This document shows positions 48,126 through 57,720 of a DNA stretch of 64,000 nt, in pieces (positions within the stretch are counted from its first letter, which is position 1; each line of letters opens with the position of its first letter). The DNA lies in the IMG/VR virus record IMGVR_UViG_3300021254_000021, positions 32,001 to 96,000 of that record. One strand, 5' to 3'. This DNA is from a virus (Duplodnaviria > Caudoviricetes). The position numbers and the translations under genes are program-made. A model generated the notes under the pieces. The model was not told the DNA's origin. It was given only the letters and a program-made list of their open reading frames with translations, and ran no database searches.

Positions 48126-48143
48126 TTAAATAAGGAGAGCAGT

Positions 48144-49190
48144 ATGGCTAATGCAAATTTTGATACAGCCTGTACATATTACAGAATGTTTTTAAATAAT
48201 TTTTCTAAACCCCATAACTATAATGGAAAGAATTATGACCATTCTGTCCCTTCCTCTTTTGTTTACCATTTAGTTAGGGACAATTGTGTTTGGTTATTAA
48301 ATCTTATAGTAGGAGTGGCAGGTTACTCTGTTTACTTTGATGCTGATACCGAAACAAGTAAAGTTTTAACTAAGGAGTTACTGGATGCGGCAGGAGTGGT
48401 TGACCCAGTAGTTAATCTTAAATCTTCGGCAACACCATGGTCTGGTTTAACATCCTCTGGTAAGACTCCGTGGGCTCCTGTAGATAAAATGACTACGGGT
48501 GTTGGAATAGCTCACTTTAACAGAGGTGGTTTGGAAAAGTTTTATAAATGTTCCCCAATTACAGCTAATTTACCTAAAGTGGATGCTAATGGACAGATTG
48601 TTCGAGATGAACAAGGTGCTATGATAGTAGAGAATTATACTGTATGTTATAATTCTAAACCTCTTTATGGTTGGGGTGTAGGGTATGATGGTGGTAAAAG
48701 ACTTTCCTTCCAGTGTCTTACAAACAATCCGTCTAATTTGTGTTATGAGAATAGTGTGGAAGGGAAGTGCGCCGTTAAGGGTAAGTTTAGTGATAAATCA
48801 ATTAAGTTAATCGGCCCAGATTATGGAAAAAAGGAAGATAGTACATCTTATATGACTAGACCAGAGGCCACTGATTTTGTTGCTTGGTGTAACTATCACT
48901 TAAACCACGAGATAGATCAGCTTTATCCACCTTTAGTGTGGATGGCTAAGTACTGGTCGCCTTTTTACTCATGGCATAATGGTACACAGGAAAATACCAT
49001 TCAGGCTGTAATGATGGCTTCATCTGCATACAATTCAGGGGGTATGTCCATTAATGAAATGAATGGTAAGTCTGCACAGGCTATTGCAGATATGTACATA
49101 AATAAAGGGTCAGATAAAGATCATAGACGACGACGTATAGCTAACACGCAGAGAGCTATAGCTCTCCTAGAGTTTATTAAACGTGTTTAA
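48144..49190 (+). CDS. hypothetical protein, possible lysozyme-fold hydrolase
   Basis: Start reassigned to ATG 48144 (AAGGAG); GVGIAHFNRGGL and SSAYNSG weakly recall lysozyme-superfamily motifs. Confidence 0.4.
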   Translation: MANANFDTACTYYRMFLNNFSKPHNYNGKNYDHSVPSSFVYHLVRDNCVWLLNLIVGVAGYSVYFDADTETSKVLTKELLDAAGVVDPVVNLKSSATPWSGLTSSGKTPWAPVDKMTTGVGIAHFNRGGLEKFYKCSPITANLPKVDANGQIVRDEQGAMIVENYTVCYNSKPLYGWGVGYDGGKRLSFQCLTNNPSNLCYENSVEGKCAVKGKFSDKSIKLIGPDYGKKEDSTSYMTRPEATDFVAWCNYHLNHEIDQLYPPLVWMAKYWSPFYSWHNGTQENTIQAVMMASSAYNSGGMSINEMNGKSAQAIADMYINKGSDKDHRRRRIANTQRAIALLEFIKRV

Positions 49191-49221
49191 CTTAAATTAA
49201 CTCCATTAGAGGAAACCGAGC

Positions 49222-52200
49222 ATGAATATAAATGACATTTTTCCATACAATATTGATCCAAACACCATCTCTGTTTATGTAGGCAGGGTAATTAAACTGG
49301 ATGAGAACTTTGAGGATAATGGGATACTATTCGTTGATTTGTGTGACCCTAATGGGACAGATTTAGACAAAGGGGCTGAGACAGCTAATATAGCTACCGC
49401 TTCTTTTGCAGTAAGGAATACGCATAAGTGTTGGCAGAGTCCTCCAGAGATTCTTTCCAAAACTAACTTTAAAGGTGCTATGACAGCCACCATGTCAGGT
49501 GACTTTCACCTTCAGAATTACTGCTTCGATATGCAGTCAATCACATGGTTTGCTACGGTATCAGCCGCTCTTAATGCTTTAGGTATAGTCAATATACCAC
49601 CAGTGATGATGTCAATGGATCAGACACCCTTCCCGGGAAAAGCGGTATCCATTAACTTAGCTTCTGCATTAGAGGAGTTTATTAACGAGTTATTGGATGC
49701 TTTTTTACGAGAGATAGAATCTGAGGAAGCATTAGAAAATATATTTAACACTAAAAGTTTGGAAGATGTCATAAGTGATGTTGGTAGAAAAATAAATGGT
49801 GAAAGTGTAACACTAGACCCAATGGAAAGTGTTATATATAGTGTAGTAAACCCTGTTCATAGTTTAGCAGATACTATTCTCCAACCATATATAACTTTCT
49901 TACGATGTATCTCTTATACTTTACAGTTGGTACAAAGGAGAGTTTCTAACATCATGGATTGGACTTTCCCAATAACCAACTTTGCTGATTCAGATATATC
50001 ACAAGATATTTTATCTATTAGAACTGCTATTTCTAAACGAATAGATGAGATAGGTAATCAAATAACAGATATTGCTTGGCCACCAGAGATAGCTGAAATC
50101 TTTAATCATACAATGAATTACATTGTAGAGAGTACGTACAATCCTTTAGCTTACTTATTCACTACTTTGAATAATACTATTAAGGATATTATTGTACCTT
50201 TAAAGAAGAAGTTGGTAGAGGTTATTAACAGTGCTATTAGAAAGCCTCTATTGCAGATTGCAAATACAATAGCAATGTCTATTCAGCCAATGGTTTCCTC
50301 TTTACCAACTATTGTACAGTTAGTTGTAAAGTATGCCATAAAAGCCTTAATAAGAACCTTATTAGGTGTTCCTATTAACTCTATTATGTCAGGGTTGGCA
50401 GAACCTATTAAGTCTATCTTAGAGGAATCTATAAAAGCTATAAAAAATCAGGTTTCCTCATTTATTACCTCTTTTGCAGGGTCTCTTATAAACCCAATTA
50501 TAAAGAAAATCCAAGATACCCTTTATAACTTAATTCCCAGTTTTACTGTAAATGATTTAAATACTCTTTGTGCTAAGTTAAAAGAGTGGAAAAATCAACC
50601 ATTAGATACACCAATTCCATTGGACATTTATGTTGATGGTACAGTAGATTCTAAAAAGAATTTTGAGGAATTGGATTGGTCTAATCCTAAAGAGGTTTCC
50701 GCATTTATTATTGCTCTAGTAAGTTTGATTAAAAATACTATTCACGATCCTTCCTCTTTAGAACTAACAGAGGAAGTAAGAGAGATTTATCAGTCCTCTA
50801 ATGGTATTCCTTTTGGAAGTAACTTAATTAATACCAGTGAGGATTCTTTGGTAGTAGATGTATATAATGAAGCTGATTATTATGATCATAAAACAATTCT
50901 ACCAAAACAACCCTTAGTAGAAGGTAATATTTCCTATTCCACTCCATCTTCGGGAATGCAACAGGCACTATTCTTCTATAATGAATATAATTCTAAGGAA
51001 GAATTTTTACCTATTTTTGAGCTTTTACATACTCCTGTTAATAGAGAAGCACTTTTATCTGATTCAGATATGAGTAGTGCAGAAGTAAAAGAATGGATTA
51101 CAAATAAAGCTCTATATATAGAGACGCAAATTGACGGAGAGACAGTTCGGTATATTGTCAATAATACATCTTCGGATATTTATATTCATGTTACTAAGGA
51201 TAATACTGTAAAGGTTGAATCCAATAAGATTTATCTTTCGCAGGAGATTCCTCATGTTAGTATGAATGAAGATGATCCTGTTGTAGGTACTGATTTAGTA
51301 CCTCAGTATGATAGTGACTATAATCCTATTCCATTAACCATAGGGTCTATTACAGACGATGGTCAACCTTTATATAAGGTAGGTTTTAATGATCCTAGTA
51401 AAGAGTTAAGTGCAGAGGATGAGAAAACCTTTGCAGAAATTTCAGACTTATACTATATGTCTAAAACACCCTCAGCTACAGAGGAAAAGTTATTGATAGA
51501 TGATTTAGTAAATAAGTTAAATGAAGATTCTTCACCAGAAAGTTCTATAAAAAGCTCTTTGTTCTATGAATCTTTTAGTTTAGGAATGTCTAAACGTAAA
51601 GTGAATGAGGATTCTTTTTGTCAGATTATTCCTAATCCAGATACAAAATTAGCTTATACTGTTTCCAGTACGCAAATAGAAATAACACTATCCACTACAA
51701 TATCTCCGAATAAAGATACAGACTTTAAGATAATAATAACTATTCTTTTACAGGATGGAGATTACACTAGTACAGGATATACTTGCAGGTATTTTATTCC
51801 TGTACAGAATGTCATAACACATCTTTATACCTATGAAGAAAGATCAGAGGTAGAGATAACATGGACATCCTTAGTTAGTATAGAAGGAAGGTACTGTGCT
51901 TGGTTAGTTTCTTATTTGGGTTCTAAGCCAGTTGTTATAAAGCCAGATGAGAATTTTGAGCGTATGGTGAATTTATTTACGGAGATGTTTCAGCATACTT
52001 TATCTGCACTTAGTCAGGAAAACTTTGATCTTTCTTTCTTATTGAAAGCTATTGTAAGTAAAATAACATCATGCTTTGATAAAATAGCGGGTGTGGTAGA
52101 GGAGATAATGGGTAGAGTTAATTCCATGCTTAGTACAATAGATTCTTTAAAGAATCTCACTACAATCATGGATAAGATCCAATCTGTATCTTCGGTAATA

Positions 52201-52485
52201 GAAGGAGTGGCTAATACAATAGAGCCCGCATTAAAAGCAACAGCACAAGCCGCTTCGGCAGTAGCTATTCAGTCTTGTTCCATGACACAATCAGCAACGG
52301 GCAAAGACTTTACCTTTAATTCTGGGGATAACTACGATCTATCTACTACTACAACTGCAAAGGCACAACTTCCTTATTGTAAGGAGTTGGGCAGAGAGCA
52401 GTTCTTAGAGCCTAATTGTAAGGCTTTAGTTTTAGCCATTGGGGCAGGAAAACAAAACCTCTTTGTAGTGGATGTATTGTCATAA
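49222..52485 (+). CDS. putative gp5-like baseplate spike/OB protein with large helical insertion
   Basis: N-terminal VYVGRVIKLDE..NGILFVDL and C-terminal LPYC..LEPNCKALVL..G...LFVVDVL resemble the two halves of a gp5 OB fold; precedes gp25. Confidence 0.45.
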   Translation: MNINDIFPYNIDPNTISVYVGRVIKLDENFEDNGILFVDLCDPNGTDLDKGAETANIATASFAVRNTHKCWQSPPEILSKTNFKGAMTATMSGDFHLQNYCFDMQSITWFATVSAALNALGIVNIPPVMMSMDQTPFPGKAVSINLASALEEFINELLDAFLREIESEEALENIFNTKSLEDVISDVGRKINGESVTLDPMESVIYSVVNPVHSLADTILQPYITFLRCISYTLQLVQRRVSNIMDWTFPITNFADSDISQDILSIRTAISKRIDEIGNQITDIAWPPEIAEIFNHTMNYIVESTYNPLAYLFTTLNNTIKDIIVPLKKKLVEVINSAIRKPLLQIANTIAMSIQPMVSSLPTIVQLVVKYAIKALIRTLLGVPINSIMSGLAEPIKSILEESIKAIKNQVSSFITSFAGSLINPIIKKIQDTLYNLIPSFTVNDLNTLCAKLKEWKNQPLDTPIPLDIYVDGTVDSKKNFEELDWSNPKEVSAFIIALVSLIKNTIHDPSSLELTEEVREIYQSSNGIPFGSNLINTSEDSLVVDVYNEADYYDHKTILPKQPLVEGNISYSTPSSGMQQALFFYNEYNSKEEFLPIFELLHTPVNREALLSDSDMSSAEVKEWITNKALYIETQIDGETVRYIVNNTSSDIYIHVTKDNTVKVESNKIYLSQEIPHVSMNEDDPVVGTDLVPQYDSDYNPIPLTIGSITDDGQPLYKVGFNDPSKELSAEDEKTFAEISDLYYMSKTPSATEEKLLIDDLVNKLNEDSSPESSIKSSLFYESFSLGMSKRKVNEDSFCQIIPNPDTKLAYTVSSTQIEITLSTTISPNKDTDFKIIITILLQDGDYTSTGYTCRYFIPVQNVITHLYTYEERSEVEITWTSLVSIEGRYCAWLVSYLGSKPVVIKPDENFERMVNLFTEMFQHTLSALSQENFDLSFLLKAIVSKITSCFDKIAGVVEEIMGRVNSMLSTIDSLKNLTTIMDKIQSVSSVIEGVANTIEPALKATAQAASAVAIQSCSMTQSATGKDFTFNSGDNYDLSTTTTAKAQLPYCKELGREQFLEPNCKALVLAIGAGKQNLFVVDVLS

Positions 52486-52841
52486 TGTTTACGTTCACAG
52501 AATCCTTTTATAAAACATCCTTTTATTATAAGCGGGGTGTGCCCGCTTTAAAAGAGTACATATTGGATATTCTGAATACGGACAGAGGAACAAGACCATA
52601 TTATCCTGACTATGGTCTTTTGTTAGAGAAGTTCAAGTATATGCTTCTGGATCTTCCCACAGCTCAAAAGATTCATTCAGAGGTTTATTTTGTTATAAAT
52701 TCCATAGACAATCTTCGTATTGTAAATACGAATTATAAGTTAAAGCAAAAGCAAAAGAAACTTGAGCTTTACTTTGATCTTGTTTATGGTCAAGAACCGA
52801 TAGGGTTACACTTAACTTATTCTGATGGAGGTTTTAAATAG
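52485..52841 (+). CDS. baseplate wedge protein (gp25/GPW-like)
   Basis: ILDILNTDRGTRPYYPDYG. Confidence 0.88.
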   Translation: MFTFTESFYKTSFYYKRGVPALKEYILDILNTDRGTRPYYPDYGLLLEKFKYMLLDLPTAQKIHSEVYFVINSIDNLRIVNTNYKLKQKQKKLELYFDLVYGQEPIGLHLTYSDGGFK

Positions 52842-54750
52842 TATGCCTTCAAGATTTCAAGGACGTGATTTTCAAACACTCCGTCAAGAAATAATAGACT
52901 TTGTTAAACAGAGAGCGTCTGAAACATGGGACAGCAATAATGCCGCTGATCCCATGATTCGTTTTATTGAAACCATAGCAATGCTAGGGGACAACCTTCA
53001 CTTTTACATTGATGCAATGAGACGTGAAGCAGATATGGCTACTGCGGCTTTAGCATCCTCTGTTTACTCTTATGCTTTACGTGAAGGTTATACTCTTGTT
53101 TTACCTCGCTCCACTCACTTTAGAATAAATTTGTATTCAGAGTCCGCCGCTGAAATACCAAATGTTTCCTTCAATAAGTTTGATGAGTTTGAGCTTCAAA
53201 ATGTTGAAGGGACATATTATGTTTTAACTCCTTTACCACCCACCTCTGTTTATTATCAGTATCCATACACTAATAATGATCCTAGTAATCCAGTAGAGGT
53301 AAAAGAACCACCCGAGATAGAAATTGTCGCAGGTGAGGTAAAGGAAGTAACATTTACTTTTTCCGACATAGACTATTATTCTAGGATAGAGTTACCAGAG
53401 TCAAGGATTGATGCAGAGATGTGTCAGTTAATTGCTCAGTCTGGGCAGGAAGTAAGGGAAATTATCCGAGTAGAGGATGTTATTTCTGATTTACAGCAAG
53501 CAAATGTCTTTTCTCTTACACCATCTTTTATTCATGGGGTAGAGAGACTTTATATAGAGTTTCCTTATAATTACCGTAATCTGTTTCCAACAAACACCAT
53601 CTTTACCTTTAAGTATCTGACGATAAAACAGGAATCTAAAACATCCAATTATTTTGAGTCTAAAGATATGGAAGGGGTAATTGGGTTGGCCACAAGTTCA
53701 GGTGGTTATAGAGAGTACGAAAATCCAGAATCCATTAAGCAGAACTATAAGCATTATGTAAGAGATTTCACATCATTAGTAACAAAGTTTGATTATAAGT
53801 CTTTTGTAAATTATAACATTAACTCACGCTGTCAAGTATTCGATAAATCCGATGAGTACAATGGGAACTTTGAAAGTATTCCCGTCCGTACCATGTACAT
53901 TCTTTCAGACTTGGCGTATGCAGAAAGAGAGGCTTTACGTAAAGAGATTCTAAAGAGATCTTCCCGTTCGGATAACATCTTTATGATCCCTTATGGTCGT
54001 AAACTTTATAGAGCCTTTATTATAGTAGAGGCTAATCTGTTAGCTGAATCCGAGGAACACATTAGGTCTGCTATTAAGTCCTCTTTGGAGTCCTTTTATA
54101 ATGACATCTCCGAGGTACGTGACCCAATAGAATCTGTTATTTACTACAAAGTTCATTCTTGTAATTCTGCTATTGCACGTGCATGGGTTATTTTAATAGA
54201 AGAAGGGTACAGAGAGAAGTTTACTCGTACCATAGATGGCGTAGAGGTGGATGTAGAAGAAGATTGCTCAAACTTCCCAACAGAGCAGATAATCACAGAT
54301 TCTACACGTCTGCATGAGTACATTGATGAAAAGATTGGGGATGAGGAAAATCCTCATTATAATTACATCTTTAAATTCTTTTATGACCTTTTACCTAATG
54401 ATCCAGAGGATGATACAGTAAAGGATTTAAGTTACTTAGATCGTTATTCTGAATTACCTCTAAAGAAAGATACAGTAGTATTTAGAAATGTACTGACAGA
54501 TGCCATTGATCGTTTATATAGCTTTAAAGGACAGAAACCTCTTATTAGAACATCCTATTGGTATCAATATCCGAGAACACTTCCATATTCTACCGTAAAT
54601 GAAGACCTATCTATTGTATCGGAGAACTCAGAGTTCTACTATGATAGTGAGGACATAGATACAATGTCCTTAAATGATCCTGACTATGAAAAGACACACT
54701 TTGTTTTACCTAGTCTGTTCGATACAATTATTTGGGTATATTCAACGTAG
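52825..54750 (+). CDS. baseplate wedge protein (T4 gp6-like)
   Basis: RDFQTLRQEIIDFV..DP..IETIAMLGDNLHFYID..ATA..SVY..GY; GG..YENPESIK; LVTKFDY. Confidence 0.85.
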   Translation: MEVLNSMPSRFQGRDFQTLRQEIIDFVKQRASETWDSNNAADPMIRFIETIAMLGDNLHFYIDAMRREADMATAALASSVYSYALREGYTLVLPRSTHFRINLYSESAAEIPNVSFNKFDEFELQNVEGTYYVLTPLPPTSVYYQYPYTNNDPSNPVEVKEPPEIEIVAGEVKEVTFTFSDIDYYSRIELPESRIDAEMCQLIAQSGQEVREIIRVEDVISDLQQANVFSLTPSFIHGVERLYIEFPYNYRNLFPTNTIFTFKYLTIKQESKTSNYFESKDMEGVIGLATSSGGYREYENPESIKQNYKHYVRDFTSLVTKFDYKSFVNYNINSRCQVFDKSDEYNGNFESIPVRTMYILSDLAYAEREALRKEILKRSSRSDNIFMIPYGRKLYRAFIIVEANLLAESEEHIRSAIKSSLESFYNDISEVRDPIESVIYYKVHSCNSAIARAWVILIEEGYREKFTRTIDGVEVDVEEDCSNFPTEQIITDSTRLHEYIDEKIGDEENPHYNYIFKFFYDLLPNDPEDDTVKDLSYLDRYSELPLKKDTVVFRNVLTDAIDRLYSFKGQKPLIRTSYWYQYPRTLPYSTVNEDLSIVSENSEFYYDSEDIDTMSLNDPDYEKTHFVLPSLFDTIIWVYST

Positions 54751-54752
54751 TT

Positions 54753-56531
54753 ATGAAGATTCTACCACCATCACAGATAAATAATTTACCTATTTTAGAA
54801 GAGGTGCTAGAGGAGCTACGTCTTAATGTAGTAGACCATATATATGAAATAGCAGAGGCGCTGAATCTCTACGCTTTATCATCCTTAGAGTTAAAACAGA
54901 AATTAAACTTACTTGGCTTTTCCAGTATCTCTATTGGTAAGTTTATTTCTCTGGATATTAACTCTAAGGAATTTGAGTACATCTCCCCCGAGTTCTATAA
55001 GATGTATAGAAAGCTGAATCAGCATCGAGGGAATAAGATGTCTATGGATTATGTATTTCATTCAGCAGGAATGATGAATACCTTAGTCCACTCCAATACT
55101 CAATTCTATAAGCAGAATGATATATTTGGTGATACAGCCTCTTTCTTTGACTTTGATACCTTTAGAGATAACCAGTTCCCAGAATTAGGTGTAGGAGATG
55201 GTTATATTATTGTTCCTTATACCTCTAATCGTTTACAGGTATTAAAGACTTACTTAGCCACTAATCCAATCATCTTTAACTTTCTTCCTGCGGGTTACAC
55301 CTTTATCTTTTTATCAGAGTATAGAAACTCGTATAATACAGGTGTATTGCAGTTCGACAATTTTTTGAATTATAAGGATGATGATTCAGATATTTGTTAT
55401 TATGTAAACCCAAATACTAAAGAGAAGGAAGTAAAGCATACAGGTGATACTGTCTTTGTAGAGGCTGACCCAGAAACAGGTGTGGATGTTTACAGAGTTA
55501 TTCCATACTATAATAAACCCCTTTATTGGGAAGCTATGGATTTTAACTTTGTAAGAGAGGATATAATTATTGATGATGATAATTCTTTCCCTTATTACCA
55601 CCCAGTCTTTGATTATGATCCTTTAGTATGGCGAGATACAGGTATTCCTTTTACACAGATTAGTCATTCTCGTTTTACAGACGACACCATTCACCAAATA
55701 CCTTTACCTTATTTAAACCCTGAAACGAATGCACCTTTTCAAAACTTGGATGATTACTTAGCTTATTATTCCATGCTTCTTAATCAAGATGTACTGGATA
55801 AAGCACAACAGGGTTATGAGGCAGATTTAAATAACACCCTCTTTTATAAAGACATTTGGCTTGGTGATTACCTTCTTTCTACCCTTAAAGGTGAAAGTTG
55901 GTATCCAGAGTGGTATGACCATGTAAAAGGGTTAAAGGCTATTCAAGCTCCAACTTACTCTTTTGCTTCTTTAACTAATAGAGGTGAATCTTTAGCCTCT
56001 CAATACTTACAGAGAGAGCAAAAAATTGTTTTAAAAGCTGACTCTTTAATTCAGCAGAATAAAAGAGAGATTATTGCTGATCGCAGAGAGACTGACTTAT
56101 TTAAATTTTCCTTTGTGGATGATTACACAGTATGGATCATTTATGCTGATGATCTTTCTATGGCTAGGAGTCAGTTAGAATTAGTCTTAGGTATAGACAG
56201 TAATAACATAGAGTATATTATAAGAAATATGCCTTGTGCTATTACAAAAGCTATGCCTTATAGTGAAGCGGAGAACTTTTATAATCAGCTCCTACATGAT
56301 TTAGTTAGTACAGAGGTTATTTTTGCTGTTAAGGATTGGAGCGGGAATATTGTCTTAACCAATGCAAGTGATCATAACACTCATGTTGAGCTATTGAATG
56401 CAGATAACGTAATAGGTAGTGATACGACATCCTTACAGTCTGTAGAAGCCTCTGTCAACTTCACATTAGGCCAAGACACCTTGTACTTAGGTTCAACCGC
56501 TTATACATTACCTTATATAGACATAGAGTAA
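54753..56531 (+). CDS. putative baseplate wedge protein (gp7-like position)
   Basis: Follows gp6; YRKLNQHRGNKMSM and FLPAGY recall the tail-I/gp7 motifs; ATG at 54753. Confidence 0.5.
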   Translation: MKILPPSQINNLPILEEVLEELRLNVVDHIYEIAEALNLYALSSLELKQKLNLLGFSSISIGKFISLDINSKEFEYISPEFYKMYRKLNQHRGNKMSMDYVFHSAGMMNTLVHSNTQFYKQNDIFGDTASFFDFDTFRDNQFPELGVGDGYIIVPYTSNRLQVLKTYLATNPIIFNFLPAGYTFIFLSEYRNSYNTGVLQFDNFLNYKDDDSDICYYVNPNTKEKEVKHTGDTVFVEADPETGVDVYRVIPYYNKPLYWEAMDFNFVREDIIIDDDNSFPYYHPVFDYDPLVWRDTGIPFTQISHSRFTDDTIHQIPLPYLNPETNAPFQNLDDYLAYYSMLLNQDVLDKAQQGYEADLNNTLFYKDIWLGDYLLSTLKGESWYPEWYDHVKGLKAIQAPTYSFASLTNRGESLASQYLQREQKIVLKADSLIQQNKREIIADRRETDLFKFSFVDDYTVWIIYADDLSMARSQLELVLGIDSNNIEYIIRNMPCAITKAMPYSEAENFYNQLLHDLVSTEVIFAVKDWSGNIVLTNASDHNTHVELLNADNVIGSDTTSLQSVEASVNFTLGQDTLYLGSTAYTLPYIDIE

Positions 56532-56536
56532 GAGAG

Positions 56537-57709
56537 ATGAGTAAGTTATATATTTACAATAATGAGTATTACTCATGGGATTATCTCCACAATACTCTAG
56601 GCTTTTCTGAAACAAAGGCTTATTCAACTAATTTCCTTTCCTCTGAATCAGACACTTGGGGAAATGTTATTGGTTCTGGTTATTATACCTATACTAATAA
56701 AAATGATGTGAACACCTATTCTTACTTTGTCTCTGGTGTAACGGGATGGTTAATTATAAATCATCTTTTATCACAGCAACACATGATTCCGGGGTTTGCT
56801 AAGAGTACAACAGTAACAAAGAATGGTACAACCTATAATGCCTATTATTTAAATACCTCTAACTCTGTTTTCTACTTCTTTATAGAAGGAGGATCTTCAT
56901 GGATAACAAAAGCTCAGCTCATTTCTAATGGGTATGAATTACCAGCTTTCCCGAATCCTAGTGTTTTATACAGGACATATCCTACGGAGAAAGCATCGAC
57001 TATATCACCAAAAGGTTATGTCAATGTTGCTCCTAATGGGGAAGCAGTTATTTATAAAGTTAGTTCTGCTTTTCAGCCCGCCGCGAATACCATCTATGGT
57101 ATATCTAAATGGTCTATTCTCTCACATGAAACACATGGCGGTTTAAACTTAGGCCCAGCAGGTAAAGTAGAGAATAGAACAGCTCAAATACTGTCTATTA
57201 CAGATGTTACTTTAGGTTATTGTTCTTTTTATGCGGATATATCAGAAACAGTTTTATATGACACAACTACAAAGATTGGTTATACCACATTTGTTTATAA
57301 CTACTTTGGGACAAAGTATTACCATATTCTTACAGGTACAGGGAGTGTGTGGAGTACAAGTATAACAGGGTATTCCACAACTAAACCAACCTCTTATGAT
57401 TCCTTCAACGCCTACTTTGCATTTAGTGGAACAACACCCTTAACCGTTCCGATTTCTACAGGTACGTATCCTTTATGGAATAATTCCTCTGTTGAAACAG
57501 ATGCTTTTGGAGAGAGTAAAGAGGTATTTCTACCTTGGACATTTGTCTTTATAAATAGTTCTGATGAAGAGTCTGACCCTGCACTGATACCTATTATAAG
57601 CAAATTCGGTTTAGTAAATAATACTTCGGGGAAACTGGAAGTGGTTCTACAATTTAGTAGTAGCCGACTTTCCGCCAAAGGAATTAAGTATTATAAGATG
57701 TTAATCTAG
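56537..57709 (+). CDS. hypothetical structural protein (Tyr/Ser/Thr rich)
   Basis: 390-aa ORF in the baseplate operon. Confidence 0.55.
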   Translation: MSKLYIYNNEYYSWDYLHNTLGFSETKAYSTNFLSSESDTWGNVIGSGYYTYTNKNDVNTYSYFVSGVTGWLIINHLLSQQHMIPGFAKSTTVTKNGTTYNAYYLNTSNSVFYFFIEGGSSWITKAQLISNGYELPAFPNPSVLYRTYPTEKASTISPKGYVNVAPNGEAVIYKVSSAFQPAANTIYGISKWSILSHETHGGLNLGPAGKVENRTAQILSITDVTLGYCSFYADISETVLYDTTTKIGYTTFVYNYFGTKYYHILTGTGSVWSTSITGYSTTKPTSYDSFNAYFAFSGTTPLTVPISTGTYPLWNNSSVETDAFGESKEVFLPWTFVFINSSDEESDPALIPIISKFGLVNNTSGKLEVVLQFSSSRLSAKGIKYYKMLI

Positions 57710-57720
57710 GAGAATAAGTT

